Source: an uncultured Chloroflexia bacterium
GTDB lineage: Bacteria; Chloroflexota; UBA6077; JACCZL01
Reading direction: 5' to 3'
Assembly (NCBI GenBank): GCA_963765765.1
Contig: CAVXYC010000027.1
Span: 1 to 64,000 of the forward strand
DNA length: 64,000 nucleotides
Shown in pieces: positions 10,518 to 21,220 of this stretch; the stretch's first letter is position 1, and each line of letters starts with the position of its first letter. Position numbers and translations under genes: made by a program. The notes below the pieces were generated by a model. It was not told the DNA's origin, made no database searches, and saw only the letters and a program-made list of their open reading frames with translations.

Positions 10518-11156
10518 ATGAGCAGGCACGGAGACATCCTTACGCTGGCCGAGACGGCAATTGAGCCAACAGGTCACGTCTGCGCATTCTTCAATTCGGC
10601 CGATGAAGAGTTTGGAGTCCTCATCCCATTCATCATGGACGGGGCGAACCACGGCGACAAACTCTGGTACATCGTTGATCCGGCCCTGCGAGCTGAGATT
10701 ATCCAGCGACTGCGACGAGATGATGTGGACACGGTTGCGCTCCAGGAGAGCGGTCAGCTCGAATTCTACCCCTGGGAAGAGGCCCACCTGCGCGGTGGCA
10801 GCTTCAACAAAGAGGCGATGTTGAGCCTGCTCGATGAGACACTTACAAGTCATGAGGAGCAGGGATATCCGCTCACTCGCATCTGGTCAAATCAGGAGTG
10901 GGCGCTAAAGGATGTGCCTGGCGTCACCGAGATCGTGGAGTACGAGTCACGGTGCAACTACGTGGCCGAAAGGCACCCAGGTCTCACTGTCTGCGTCTAT
11001 GACTTGTCCCAATTTGGGGCGAACATCGTGATGGATATGCTTCGCACCCACCCACTCGTCATTATTGGTGGGATCTTGCACGAGAACCCTTTCTACACGC
11101 CTCCGGATCAATTTCTTCGTGAGCTTAGCCAGCGGACAAACGAAGCCTCGACTTGA
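10518..11156 (+). CDS. Stand-alone MEDS (DcmR sensory) domain protein
   Basis: HVCAFF, EYESRCN, CVYDLSQF, DMLRTHPLVIIGG, ENPFYTPP. Confidence 0.85.
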   Translation: MSRHGDILTLAETAIEPTGHVCAFFNSADEEFGVLIPFIMDGANHGDKLWYIVDPALRAEIIQRLRRDDVDTVALQESGQLEFYPWEEAHLRGGSFNKEAMLSLLDETLTSHEEQGYPLTRIWSNQEWALKDVPGVTEIVEYESRCNYVAERHPGLTVCVYDLSQFGANIVMDMLRTHPLVIIGGILHENPFYTPPDQFLRELSQRTNEAST

Positions 11157-11251
11157 TCCCCAAGCGAGGATGTCATGTGGCCGTCGATGCGTCTCAGACT
11201 TGAAGACCGGACAGACGAGAGCATCCGGCCCACAGGTCCACTAAGTGTGGA

Positions 11252-11510
11252 TCAGCCGCGATGGTGCTCTCGGACCTGCAACAACCGACGCCGGTGGAGC
11301 AGCAGGTTGCTCACGATCGCCACGCTGCTGACTCCCAGCATCGTGGGCACGCCGATGACGCTGCCGATCGCTCCCAGGGCAAAGCCGCCAAAGGCCATAA
11401 AGCCGATTGCCAGACCGTACAAGCTGACGACCCGACCGCGCACCGGCGCAGGCGACACGATCTGCAGGAGTGAGCTGAGCGCGAGGTCGTAGGCCATCAG
11501 CAGGCCGGGT
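11252..11510 (-). pseudogene. 3' fragment of an MFS paralogue of 3345-4667
   Basis: MAYDLALSSLLQIVSP...GFMAFGGFALGAIGSVIGVPT closely matches the last ~85 aa of 3345-4667. The 5' part is missing. Confidence 0.85.
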
Positions 11511-11859
11511 GGTTCCGAGTGGATGCCGGCGCATCAAGCATTGCGAGATCAGCCTGGGAAATCATCCCGAAATCGCTTGGTCACGTATCGCGACCGTGCT
11601 CGAATTGTGGCTCAAGCCAGTTATTGCTTGCCTGATTAATTACGATACAGCGGTCATCACCCAAGCAATGACTAGGCGCGCATACCGCCACTGAGCCCTC
11701 GCCGCGAGGGGATTCTGAATACGACCGTAAGCCCTGGCTTCTCGGATAACTGTGCCCGCATGGTACCAGGGTCATCGCCTTGGCACGACGGCAGATGCCC
11801 CTTTTCGAGCGGATTATTGGCAGCCATTACTTGTAATCTGCTCGACCGCCGAGGCCACG

Positions 11860-11874
11860 TGGCACACCGCTTGC
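11860..11874 (+). promoter_or_regulatory. Sigma54 (-24/-12) promoter
   Basis: TGGCAC-ACCGC-TTGC matches the consensus, about 70 bp upstream of ATG 11944. Confidence 0.8.
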
Positions 11875-11943
11875 AGAACATGCGTTCTAATCGGCGGTGC
11901 GTTCGCGGTCGGCCGCTGACATACCAAAAGGAGCATTCTCACA

Positions 11944-12330
11944 ATGGCAATCAAGGATCTGCGCTCGAGCGATATGATGGCCCACCTTCTCGACTCGCTA
12001 GAAAACGGCGAGGACATCGGCCACTATGGCCGCCTGGTGTTCGCCATGGTGGCACGCCATTTCATGGACGAAGACGAGCTGGTCGAGTACCTGCAGCGCA
12101 ATCCGGATTTCAGCGAAGAAGAAGCACGCGCCCTCTATCTTCAGGTCCAGGGACGCGACTACAACCCGCCCAAGCGAGATCGGATCCTGCAGTGGCAATC
12201 GGAGCAAGAATTCCCAATCTGCCCGAACCCGGACGATCCGGATAGCTGCAACGTCTACAAGGATCTGCAATTTCCCGACGAGGTGTACGAGAAGATCTCC
12301 GAGTACTACGAGCAGAAGGCCGAAGCGTAG
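11944..12330 (+). CDS. Hypothetical protein resembling the archaeal primase large subunit (PriL) C-terminal domain
   Basis: 128 aa, AAGGAG RBS, sigma54 promoter. Pattern GEDIGHYGR..MDEDELVEYL..PDFSE..YNPP..ICP. Confidence 0.8.
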   Translation: MAIKDLRSSDMMAHLLDSLENGEDIGHYGRLVFAMVARHFMDEDELVEYLQRNPDFSEEEARALYLQVQGRDYNPPKRDRILQWQSEQEFPICPNPDDPDSCNVYKDLQFPDEVYEKISEYYEQKAEA

Positions 12331-12556
12331 GAGCGAGTCCACCCCAGGAGCGCTTCAGCACTTTTTCGCCGAATATCAGGGGGTTAGAGCGCGCTCTCGT
12401 AGCGCGGTGGTTTGTGTCCCGCGCCGCGAGAGCGCGCTCGGCCTCCATCGGAGCCTGTGTCATCGCCGCAAAGCCATGGCTAAGCTTGAGTCGGCACACT
12501 TTGTGGATGAGCAAGCTGTATCAACACGGGCGTGCTCCCGTGACATGGGAGGATCT

Positions 12557-14212
12557 GTGCTCGATCAGTGGTTCAAGCATGCGATTATTTACTGCCTGGA
12601 CGTTGAGACGTTTGCCGACTCCAATGGCGATGGAATCGGTGATTTTCTCGGGCTAAGCGATCGACTGGACTATCTCTCGGGCGTGGGCGTGACCTGCGTC
12701 TGGCTGCTACCGTTTTATGGATCGCCGAATCGTGACAACGGCTACGACATCTCGGATTTCTACACCGTGGACCCCAGACACGGAAGCCTGGGTGACTTCG
12801 TGGAGTTCACACATCAGGCCGCCCAGCGTGGCATTCGGGTCATCGTGGACCTCGTGGTCAATCACACTTCGGATCAGCACCCCTGGTTCAAAGCTGCGCA
12901 GCGTGATCCCAGCTCCAAGTATTTTGACTACTACGTCTGGTCCAAGGAGCGACCGGAAGATGCCGAGTCGGGCATGGTCTTTCCCGGGGTTCAGGCCACC
13001 ACCTGGACGTATGACAAGAAGGTCCGCGCCTACTACTTCCATCGCTTCTACGACTTCCAGCCGGATCTGAATATCGGGAACCCCGAGGTACGCGAGGAGA
13101 TCTTGAAGATCATGGGCTTCTGGTTGGAGCTGGGGGTCTCGGGTTTCCGAATGGACGCGGTGCCGTTTTTGATCGAGAAAGAAAGCTGGCAAAAGGCCGG
13201 TCCCAATGATGGCTTTGAGTTCATCCAACAAATGCGTGAATTCCTGGCCTGGCGGAGCCGCGACGCGATCATGCTCGCTGAAGCGAATTTGCCGTACGAC
13301 GAGGTTGGGAGCTACTTCGGCGACGGCGAACGTATTCATATGATGTTCAACTTCCTGCTAAACCAGCGGATGTTCCTGAGCCTCGCGGCCGGCCAGGCAG
13401 CCCCAATCGCATCGACACTCAAAGAGATGCCGGCCATTCCGCCCACGTGTCAGTGGGTGAACTTTCTACGGAATCACGATGAAATCGATCTTGGACGTCT
13501 GTCAGAAGAAGAGCGGCAGCAGGCCTTTGCAGAGATGGGTCCGGAGCCCGAGATGCAGCTTTACGGCCGCGGCATCCGGCGGCGGCTTGCGCCCATGCTT
13601 CATGGCGATCGGCGTCAGCTCGAGATGGCCTTCAGCCTTATGTTCAGCATGCCGGGCACTCCGGTCATCTGGTACGGAGACGAGATCGGCATGGGCGATG
13701 ATCTTTCGCTACCCGAGCGTGAAGCTGTGCGTACGCCAATGCAATGGTCTGGCGATGACGGGGGCGGCTTCACCAGCGCACCCCGCCGCAAGCAAGTCAA
13801 GCCAGTCATCTCCAAAGGGCCTTATGGATATCAGCACGTCAACGTGGCAGCGCAGCGCCGAGATCGAGGATCGCTGCTCAACTGGGTTGAGCGACTGATT
13901 CGGACACATAAGGAATGCCCCGAGTTCGGCTGGGGCACGCTTCACCCCATAGACGTGGGCGCGCCTTCTGTCCTGGCCCACTGCTGTGAGTGGCGCGGAA
14001 GGGTTGTGCTGGCGGTACACAACCTCACGAGCGAGGGGCGAGAAGTTGAGTTTGATCTGCGTGACTTCGCCGCCCAATACATGATCGATCTCCTGGACGA
14101 GAGGGAGCCACTTCAGCTGGATGACGGCAAATACCGCCTGCTCATGGAAGGCTACGGGCACCACTGGTTCCGAGTTGTTCGGGGGTCGTCAGTGAATCAG
14201 CAGCACAAATAG
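12557..14212 (+). CDS. treS: GH13 alpha-amylase family, trehalose synthase (TreS)-like
   Basis: DSNGDGIGDF, NHTSDQHPWF, GFRMDAVPFL, LAEAN, FLRNHDE, GIRRRLAPML, VRTPMQW. GGAGGA RBS before GTG 12557. Confidence 0.8.
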   Translation: MLDQWFKHAIIYCLDVETFADSNGDGIGDFLGLSDRLDYLSGVGVTCVWLLPFYGSPNRDNGYDISDFYTVDPRHGSLGDFVEFTHQAAQRGIRVIVDLVVNHTSDQHPWFKAAQRDPSSKYFDYYVWSKERPEDAESGMVFPGVQATTWTYDKKVRAYYFHRFYDFQPDLNIGNPEVREEILKIMGFWLELGVSGFRMDAVPFLIEKESWQKAGPNDGFEFIQQMREFLAWRSRDAIMLAEANLPYDEVGSYFGDGERIHMMFNFLLNQRMFLSLAAGQAAPIASTLKEMPAIPPTCQWVNFLRNHDEIDLGRLSEEERQQAFAEMGPEPEMQLYGRGIRRRLAPMLHGDRRQLEMAFSLMFSMPGTPVIWYGDEIGMGDDLSLPEREAVRTPMQWSGDDGGGFTSAPRRKQVKPVISKGPYGYQHVNVAAQRRDRGSLLNWVERLIRTHKECPEFGWGTLHPIDVGAPSVLAHCCEWRGRVVLAVHNLTSEGREVEFDLRDFAAQYMIDLLDEREPLQLDDGKYRLLMEGYGHHWFRVVRGSSVNQQHK

Positions 14213-14444
14213 ACTGCGGCGCGGCTGCATCTATCTGAGATGGTCAGTCCCAGCACGAGGTGTATTTGTCGGCAGACATATAGGCGCTGGGAAATCCCGC
14301 CTATCGAGTCATGAGCAGGTGACTGATCCGACGCCAGGAGGAGACCAAGTGACGGTGGGACAGGCGTCTTTGCCAAATGCGTGTGTACTTAAGGATTGCT
14401 AGCGCGGCTGGAGAGGCGACCGCCCCTGAACTCACTGAGGGCCA

Positions 14445-16179
14445 CTACTCTGCCTGCGGCCCGACATTCAAACCGAACACTCGGGCAAGCAGGGCCACTC
14501 CGACCGTGAACAGCAGAATGATGACGCCCACCACTGATGCGGCTTCGAACGTGCCGCCGATCATATAGTCGAGCTGCATCAGCGAGAGCGGCCGTGTGGA
14601 CGAGGACGCCAGCAGCGCCACGTGGCTGGCCGTTCTCGAGGCGCTGGCGAACACAAGAATGCCCACTGCCGCGAGCATCGGTGCCATGAGCGGCACGAGA
14701 ATCCGTCGGAAGGTGTACGACCAGGCAGCGCCGCTGGCGCGCGACGCCTCTTCGAGCTCGGCGCCTAGCTGCAGCAGATTGGACTTGATCATTTGGACAG
14801 ATCGGGTCATGTTGCTGAGCGCCACAACCGTCACCAACACTGCCATGCTTCCGTAGAACGGACGGAACACTGGGCTCTCCAGGAAAAACCACAGAAAGCC
14901 CAGGCCCATGACGATCCCCGGAAGCAACGAAGGGGATCCAGGTGAGGAAATCGAGAGTCGAGCGCCCAAAGAATCTTGTTCGCACCAGGATGTATGCCAG
15001 CACGGCGAACGCCAGCATTGCGACGACGCTGCTCGAGGTCGCCAGGACGAACGTATTCCATGATGCCGAAACAAATGCGGACCCCTTCAGGACATCGTTC
15101 CAATTGTTCATCGTCCACGGATTCGCCACGTTGAAGGCGCCGAAGACCTTCATGAAGCTGCCAAGAATTACAAGGACGACTGGCACGACGGTCATTGCGC
15201 CAACGAGCAGCGCCATGAGGGCAAACGTGGGCCATTTCCACCTGCCCAGACGAAAAAGCACCGAGCGATACCTCCCGGTGACCGTGACATAGCTATGCCG
15301 CTGGACAAGCCACTGTTGAACGAGAATCAATGGCACCAGCGCGACAAGGATCAAACTGCTCAACGCGGTGGCGGAGCCGTACTGCGGGGGCTCCAGGCGC
15401 ATCAATCGGTAGATCTTGGTGCTGTAAACGTCAATGCTGGCGGGCGCTCCCAGGACAAGCTCGATCTCGAACGATTCGAGCGCATGGATCAAACCAAGCA
15501 GCGTCACGACCAGAATGGAGGGCGCCAGGAGTGGTACCAGTATTCGGAAGAGCGTGCCGGGGGTGCTGGCGCCCGACGCGCGAGATGCCTCCTCCAGCGA
15601 TGAATCCAGACTGCGGAAGGCCGGGGTGAGCAGCATCACCTTGATGCCAAGGGTGGTGCCAATGACGTGCGCAAAAATGATTCCCCACCAGGAGAAGATG
15701 TCAAACGGGCTCTGTTGGATGAAGGGCAGAACCTTGAGTGTCGTATTTACCAGCCCCTTGAAGCCATCGAACAGCAGGATCCAGCCAAGCAGCGCCGTAA
15801 GCGGTGGTAGAAAGACCGCGATCCAAAACCCGAACTCAAACCAATTGCGTCCAGGCAGGTCCGTGCGAGCGATGAGCCAAGCTATGGGGATAGCGATGAG
15901 AAGCGAGATCGCTTGACGCGTCACGGCCAGGGTAATGGTGTTGGCAATTGCCGCCGAGAGACTTGGATCGGTGAAAGCGACTCGCCAGTTATCCAGGCCC
16001 CAGGTTGTGGCGGTGCCAAATGTGCCCACCTGAAAACTATTCAGAATAAGCAGCCACAATGGGTAGAGAACGAGAAAGCCGACTACCGCCAGAGCGAACG
16101 TGCAGGCGAGCGTGCCCGCCTCGATGCCGCGCAGTCGCATTGACCACGGCCGCACGGCAACCGGAGCTACTCGGTCCAT
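14445..16179 (-). CDS. ABC permease, FbpB/ThiP-type with two TM domains, frameshifted near 14930
   Basis: Two EAA loops (LEEASRASGA) in ORFs 14389-16179 and 14445-15074. Paralogue of 32798-34525. Confidence 0.88.
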
Positions 16180-16370
16180 GTGGAGATCCGAAGCATTAGT
16201 GGCGTGCAGGCCAGGTCCTGACCGTGCATGCGTTAGGCTCGGCGCTTCACGGGGCGCGCCGACCGCGATTGGAATGCGCTAGCCCAAGTGTCCTGTCTTC
16301 GAGCACAGAATTCACCGTCTCGTCAGGGCGATTTGTCGACGCAAGGCATCTACAAACATCCACGTGTGTA

Positions 16371-17585
16371 TCAGGGCCGCATCTCTTTGGCTATCGCATT
16401 GACCTTGCGGACGTAATCCTGGCCGCTCCACTCGTTTGCCAGAAGATACTGGTCAAGGTTGTTCCAATCAGGAACACCCACCCTTGTCAGATCGGCGTAC
16501 TTGCCTTCGATACCGACGCGGCGGCTCGTGGTCTTTCCTTCGCGGGCATAGGCTTCCTGTCCCTCCTGGGAAAGGAACCAGTTCACCAGAAGCTTTGTGG
16601 CGTTCGGGTGGGGATTATTGCGCAGGATGCCGATTCCCGCCGATGCCGCGTACGATCCGTAATCGGTCGTTTCAACGTCCTTGTAGAGGCCTTCTTCAAT
16701 CAGCTTGGCCCTACGGACCTGATCGTCACCGATCCCGATGGGGTAGCGTCCAGACTGGACGAAGTCATTGACCTGCACGGGATTGTCCACGAGCACCGCG
16801 TCTTGAATGAGCTGGCGAACGAACGGCTCGCCCTTGTCCTTGAGCATGCGTCCAAGAGAGAGGCTGCCCGCCCCTGGCGCGCGCGGATCGTACATCACGA
16901 TTTTGCTCTTGAACTCAGGCTTGACGAAATCGTCAAGCGTTGAAAGAGCGGATTGCGGTACGAGTGACCGATTGATCAGGACCTGCTGATTGAGCGTAAT
17001 GCTCGAGACGAATGAGAAGAAATCCTTCTCATCCGCCCAGCGATTGAACCCACCGTGCCAGGCTTTGTCATCCATTGTCGCGGGCAGGATCAGTGGACGC
17101 ATGTCCTGAAACGCGCCGGCCGGCGCTAGCAGCGTTACCGCGTTGGAAGTGGGGACCACCAGAGCGTCGAATGCGAAAACGCCATTCTTCTGCTCGGAAA
17201 TGATCCGCGGGGTGGCGTCACTAACGCGGAGCATCAGGTGCTCCACCTTGATCTCCGGATAGGCGGCTTGAAAGGCTGGCACCCACGCGGAGTAAATGTC
17301 TTGCGCGTGCGTGATGATACTCAGCGCACCTTCGGCCTTCGCCGCCGCGCGAAGCTCGTCGAGGGATGCTCCTTCTTTGCTCGCGGCCGCGGGCGCGGCC
17401 GTCGGTGCAGCCACTGCAGGCTTTGCGGCTTCAGGAGCCTTACCAGCCGGCTCGGCCGCCTTGGCTGGAGCGCTGGTTGCAGGCGCGCTGGTTGGCGCTG
17501 TTGCCGCCGGCGCGCAGCCGACGACCAGAACCGCGATGAGCGGAATCAATCCGGCAACACCCGACCATCGTCGCAGAGATCTCAT
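16371..17585 (-). CDS. ABC substrate-binding lipoprotein (AfuA/TbpA-like class)
   Basis: Lipobox VVGC, Pro/Ala/Lys linker, DPRAPGAG, PHPNATKLLVNWFLSQEGQ. Confidence 0.88.
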   Translation of the reverse strand: MRSLRRWSGVAGLIPLIAVLVVGCAPAATAPTSAPATSAPAKAAEPAGKAPEAAKPAVAAPTAAPAAASKEGASLDELRAAAKAEGALSIITHAQDIYSAWVPAFQAAYPEIKVEHLMLRVSDATPRIISEQKNGVFAFDALVVPTSNAVTLLAPAGAFQDMRPLILPATMDDKAWHGGFNRWADEKDFFSFVSSITLNQQVLINRSLVPQSALSTLDDFVKPEFKSKIVMYDPRAPGAGSLSLGRMLKDKGEPFVRQLIQDAVLVDNPVQVNDFVQSGRYPIGIGDDQVRRAKLIEEGLYKDVETTDYGSYAASAGIGILRNNPHPNATKLLVNWFLSQEGQEAYAREGKTTSRRVGIEGKYADLTRVGVPDWNNLDQYLLANEWSGQDYVRKVNAIAKEMRP

Positions 17586-17871
17586 ACATCACTCCAAACA
17601 TGCGAGCGACTTCAAAGCTCGCCTGCGGGCCCCGAGTTGCCTCGCGGACACGCGCTCTTTGAACCGCCATACCCGTCAGATGGCGGATTGATGAATGCAG
17701 TATATGCCTATGCGCGCCTGAAGTTATTTGGGCAGCGGCGACGAAGAAGGAATTCCCACATTGGAGGCATCTGGTTCGATCTATTCTCGCATCCTGCAAG
17801 TCGGCGTCTCAACACAGAGAGCCGCTGTTATCCTGACCCGACGAACCATCCACTAAGGGAGACTGCGCGCC

Positions 17872-19027
17872 TTGCCTCTCTATCTCAATAACCACGACCA
17901 AGAACAGAGCATCACGCTGAAGGAGGCGACCGATGCGATCGCCGAAGGCCTCCGCCAGTTTGCCAACGGAGATGCGATCCGTCGACCGCGAATCGATAAC
18001 TTTCTTCCGACATCGCGCCCTGAGGAATTCTTCTGCTTCAGCTCAATGGAAGGTGGCGTGAGAGACCCGGGTTACTACGCCCTGCGCATCAAGCCCGACA
18101 TTCTCGCCTGGCCCATCGTGGATGGGAAGGAGCGGCGAATCTCGTACTCATTCAAGCCAGGTATGTTTGGCGGGCTCGTACTCCTGTATGCCGTGGACAA
18201 TGCCGAGTTTCTCGCCATCATGAACGATGGCGTGGTGCAGCATATTCGCGTGGCCGCCACGGCAGCATTGGGAATGCGGTATCTAGCCAGGGCAGACTCG
18301 CAGGTCGTAGGAGTAATCGGTTCGGGCGGGATGGCGCGCGATTTCGTCGTGGGCGCTGTGAATGAGCGGCCAATCCAGCGCATTCAGGCCTTCAGCCCAA
18401 ACCGCCAGCATCTCGAGGCTTATTGCAATGAGATGTCCGAACGGCTTGGCTGCGAGGTTATCGCCATGGATTCGGCCGAAGCCGCGACCCGAGGCGCCGA
18501 CATCCTTGCCCTGTGCACCAACTCCCAGGACGCTGTCATCGAACCCGAGTGGATTAAGCCAGGCATGCACCTAACCAACGTCCGATCACCGGAGCTCTCG
18601 CCTGCCCGGCTACGCGCGGATTGAGGTGGCCGGTCTACTGGCGAGGCGCACACCGATGTCCATTGGCAACTACATCGATGATGACTTCAGCATTCGCGGC
18701 GATGTGATGGCCTACACCGCCGGCCAGCCAGCCGAGCGAAGCAGAATACCCGCCGGTGCTCCAAGTAAGAATCGTTATCCGAACGCTCGTTACGTCGACT
18801 GCTGCGACTGGACCACCGGCAGGCCGTATCAACGCGAGCGGGACGACGAGATTACCATGCTCACCACCAACTCCATGGGAACCCTGGAAGGTGACGCGGG
18901 AGCCAGCTCGGGCATCCAGGGCATCCAGTTTGCCGCGGTCGCCGGCAAGATCTACGAGCAAGCAAGAGCCGCTGGCCTTGGAACCGAGCTGCCACAGGAG
19001 ATGTTTCTGCAGGACATCCCGACGTAG
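17872..19027 (+). CDS. Ornithine cyclodeaminase/mu-crystallin family protein, frameshifted near 18610-18625
   Basis: IRVAATAALG, VIGSGGMAR, LCTNS, GMHLTNV; C-terminal GIQFAAVAGKIYEQARAAGLGTEL. Confidence 0.85.
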
Positions 19028-19183
19028 GCCGTTCCTATAGGTCCATCCCTGCTCAATGACTGCTGCGGGACCTAGGATCGCGGCACTGCGTCCCGGGGGC
19101 CCCCATCTCCTTCGATAAGCTTTCGTTTGTTTGCAGAGCGCTCTAATTGCAAATGCTCTCAGGAAACCGCCCGACTTAACAAG

Positions 19184-19221
19184 GATGAAGCCGCGCTGAG
19201 CATTCACAGCGCGGCTTCATC
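19184..19221. terminator. Hairpin between convergent genes
   Basis: 15-bp perfect stem GATGAAGCCGCGCTG / CAGCGCGGCTTCATC. Confidence 0.65.
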
Positions 19222-19257
19222 AACCCTATCGCGGCTTCAAGGGCCGCAACCTGCCCG

Positions 19258-20406
19258 CTAAGCAGTAGGCTTCGAATACTGGCCGGAGAAGGACCACTGG
19301 TAGTCGCGGTTGGAATAGATCTCCTGGGGCATGAGCGATTTTTCACCGCGCTTGCCAAGCTCGCTCTCGAAGCGCTCGCGGATCATCGGGTCCTCATCCG
19401 AGTACTCGATCTGATCGCGCGAACGATCCTCTACTCGCTCCATCTGACCGAAGAGCTGTCGACGCAAGGTTGGGTGTAGCGCCAGATAACGCGCCGGGAC
19501 TTCACCTAGGTTGAAGTGCTGGTGGAACCATCGATTCGGCGGGACGAACATACTACCTTCGTGCCACGGAATAACGACCTTGTCCTGTCCCTCGGGCCAC
19601 ATGATCGAATAACCCTCGCCCGCCGGAATCACGATGCCCACGCCAGGCCCGTGGCGATGGCCCTTCTTGTATGTACCGATGGGGAAGACGGACATGTGGC
19701 CGGACAGCTCGGAATCCGGCATTTGAATCCTCAAATGGTGTCCACCCGCGCCTCGGCGCTGATAGACGCTTAGAGAATCCCACGCAGCCAGATCCGGGAA
19801 GAAGTTCCCGTACCACAGGAATGGGTCGTTCGCTTCGTCGTCGTGGTCCTTGACTGCCTCGGCCTCGGCGTAGAGGTCGCCACCGAGGTTGTCCGGCTCT
19901 TCGTAAGGATTGTTGAAGAAGAAGTCCGGGCCGTTGCTGCCTGCCATAGCCACTGGCAGGTAGTTGTAATGCAGAAGACGGACAGTGGTATCACCGCGGC
20001 CGTTGAAGATCTGGTGTTTGTGATGCCGCGGGAGGCAGAACAAACTGTGCGGATGCCACTCGAAATTCCTCGGCGTGGACGAGCCGGTAGACCAGACCGA
20101 GGTGGCGCCCTCGCCCTGCAGCACGTACACAAGCTCGTCGAACCCGAGCTTCATCGCCGGTAGCTCGCCGCCTGGCGGGATCTCCGTGATGCGGCCCTCA
20201 CACATGGCCGGCATGCCTTCGAGCTGGATGAACGCGGCATTGTACCCGCGTGCTTTCCAGTGGCTTACCTCTGCCGTACGCAGATCCTCTACATAGTATC
20301 CACGGTGAATAGGAATGTCCTGGGATTCCATCCACCGATCGTACGTAACCTCACCACCCGCTCGACGCGGTTTCGACTCGGTTCCCGTGCCAGTGCTTAT
20401 TGCCAT
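19258..20406 (-). CDS. Bicupin domain protein
   Basis: ELVYVLQGEG..HKHQIFN and GHRHGPG..WFHQHFN cupin motifs. GGAGGG RBS before ATG 20406. Confidence 0.85.
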   Translation of the reverse strand: MAISTGTGTESKPRRAGGEVTYDRWMESQDIPIHRGYYVEDLRTAEVSHWKARGYNAAFIQLEGMPAMCEGRITEIPPGGELPAMKLGFDELVYVLQGEGATSVWSTGSSTPRNFEWHPHSLFCLPRHHKHQIFNGRGDTTVRLLHYNYLPVAMAGSNGPDFFFNNPYEEPDNLGGDLYAEAEAVKDHDDEANDPFLWYGNFFPDLAAWDSLSVYQRRGAGGHHLRIQMPDSELSGHMSVFPIGTYKKGHRHGPGVGIVIPAGEGYSIMWPEGQDKVVIPWHEGSMFVPPNRWFHQHFNLGEVPARYLALHPTLRRQLFGQMERVEDRSRDQIEYSDEDPMIRERFESELGKRGEKSLMPQEIYSNRDYQWSFSGQYSKPTA

Positions 20407-20631
20407 CTGGATGACCCTCCTGGCTACTCGTAATTGAGCAGCCCATTTCGACAATGTCCCGTCGGGCAAGGAGCTTGAATTCGCGCGGCGTTACCTCCTG
20501 TGGCCCGGTCTACGTGCCTAGCGTGCATGATGACAATGCCGCGACATCGAGCCTCGGTCGTAGCATAGCGCGCCCAAAGGAATTTGTGGAGAGTTGAAAG
20601 CGATAACGGTGCCAATCCGACGAAACACAAT

Positions 20632-20671
20632 ACGACACAGAAGCCGCCATCTCTGGCGGCTTCTGTGTCGT
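20632..20671 (-). terminator. Hairpin/terminator downstream of the DUF2171 gene
   Basis: 18-bp perfect stem ACGACACAGAAGCCGCCA / TGGCGGCTTCTGTGTCGT. Confidence 0.7.
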
Positions 20672-20706
20672 TACGTTTGGGAAGAGAGCTAAATGATCGG
20701 AGCTGT

Positions 20707-21021
20707 TCAGTCCATGTCTTCTAGCGCGGCCGGCTTGTTGTCCCAGCCCATTGTCTTGGCGGCATCTTTGGTGAGGTTGAGCATCACCTTGTCGTCGATA
20801 ACCTCACTCACGTACTCGGCCGGGACGTAATAGTCTTTACCGAGCCCCAGAAATCCGGTGTCGACCTTCAGGTAGTTGCCGCTCGCTGAAACTCCAGCCG
20901 TGCCGGTCGTGCTTGTACCCACCGTTGCGCCCGCGTAGACTTCGCCTACCGAGCCCATTTTATCGTCATTCAGATCGTAAACATCCATGCCTTTGCGGAC
21001 CGCTGACCACTGGTACTCCAT
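20707..21021 (-). CDS. DUF2171/PRC-barrel domain protein
   Basis: GMDVYDLNDDKMGSV, YLKVDTGFLGLGKDYYVP, VMLNLTKD. GGAGGA RBS. Confidence 0.85.
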   Translation of the reverse strand: MEYQWSAVRKGMDVYDLNDDKMGSVGEVYAGATVGTSTTGTAGVSASGNYLKVDTGFLGLGKDYYVPAEYVSEVIDDKVMLNLTKDAAKTMGWDNKPAALEDMD

Positions 21022-21079
21022 TGTCAGTCCTCCAATTGTGGCGTACTGTGAAGGTAACACCACTCACCAGTAAACTTGC

Positions 21080-21094
21080 GCAGAACGCATGCCA
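21080..21094 (-). promoter_or_regulatory. Sigma54 promoter for the DUF2171 gene
   Basis: Minus strand TGGCAT-GCGTT-CTGC (GG-N10-GC), about 60 bp upstream of the ATG. Confidence 0.65.
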
Positions 21095-21135
21095 TCCCGG
21101 CCCGAAATTGGTGTCGCGAAGGCAAAAAACGCGCA

Positions 21136-21150
21136 TGGCACGATACTTGC
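21136..21150 (+). promoter_or_regulatory. Sigma54 site upstream of rpoN
   Basis: TGGCACG-ATAC-TTGC, a perfect consensus match, about 70 bp upstream of ATG 21221. Confidence 0.85.
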
Positions 21151-21220
21151 CCTTGTAACGGCCGCCGTGCGATGGACTCCGTTTCAGGCCACGCGGCAAG
21201 TGAGAAAAGCGGAGGCACTT

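Noticed and set aside
12026-12556. Long N-terminal extension of the TreS-like ORF (728 aa)
   Set aside because: It overlaps the 11944-12330 gene in another frame; RBS and family homology start at GTG 12557.
574-19027. Programmed ribosomal frameshifting in the split genes
   Set aside because: No consistent slippery sequences were seen and many unrelated families are affected, so sequencing indels are more parsimonious.
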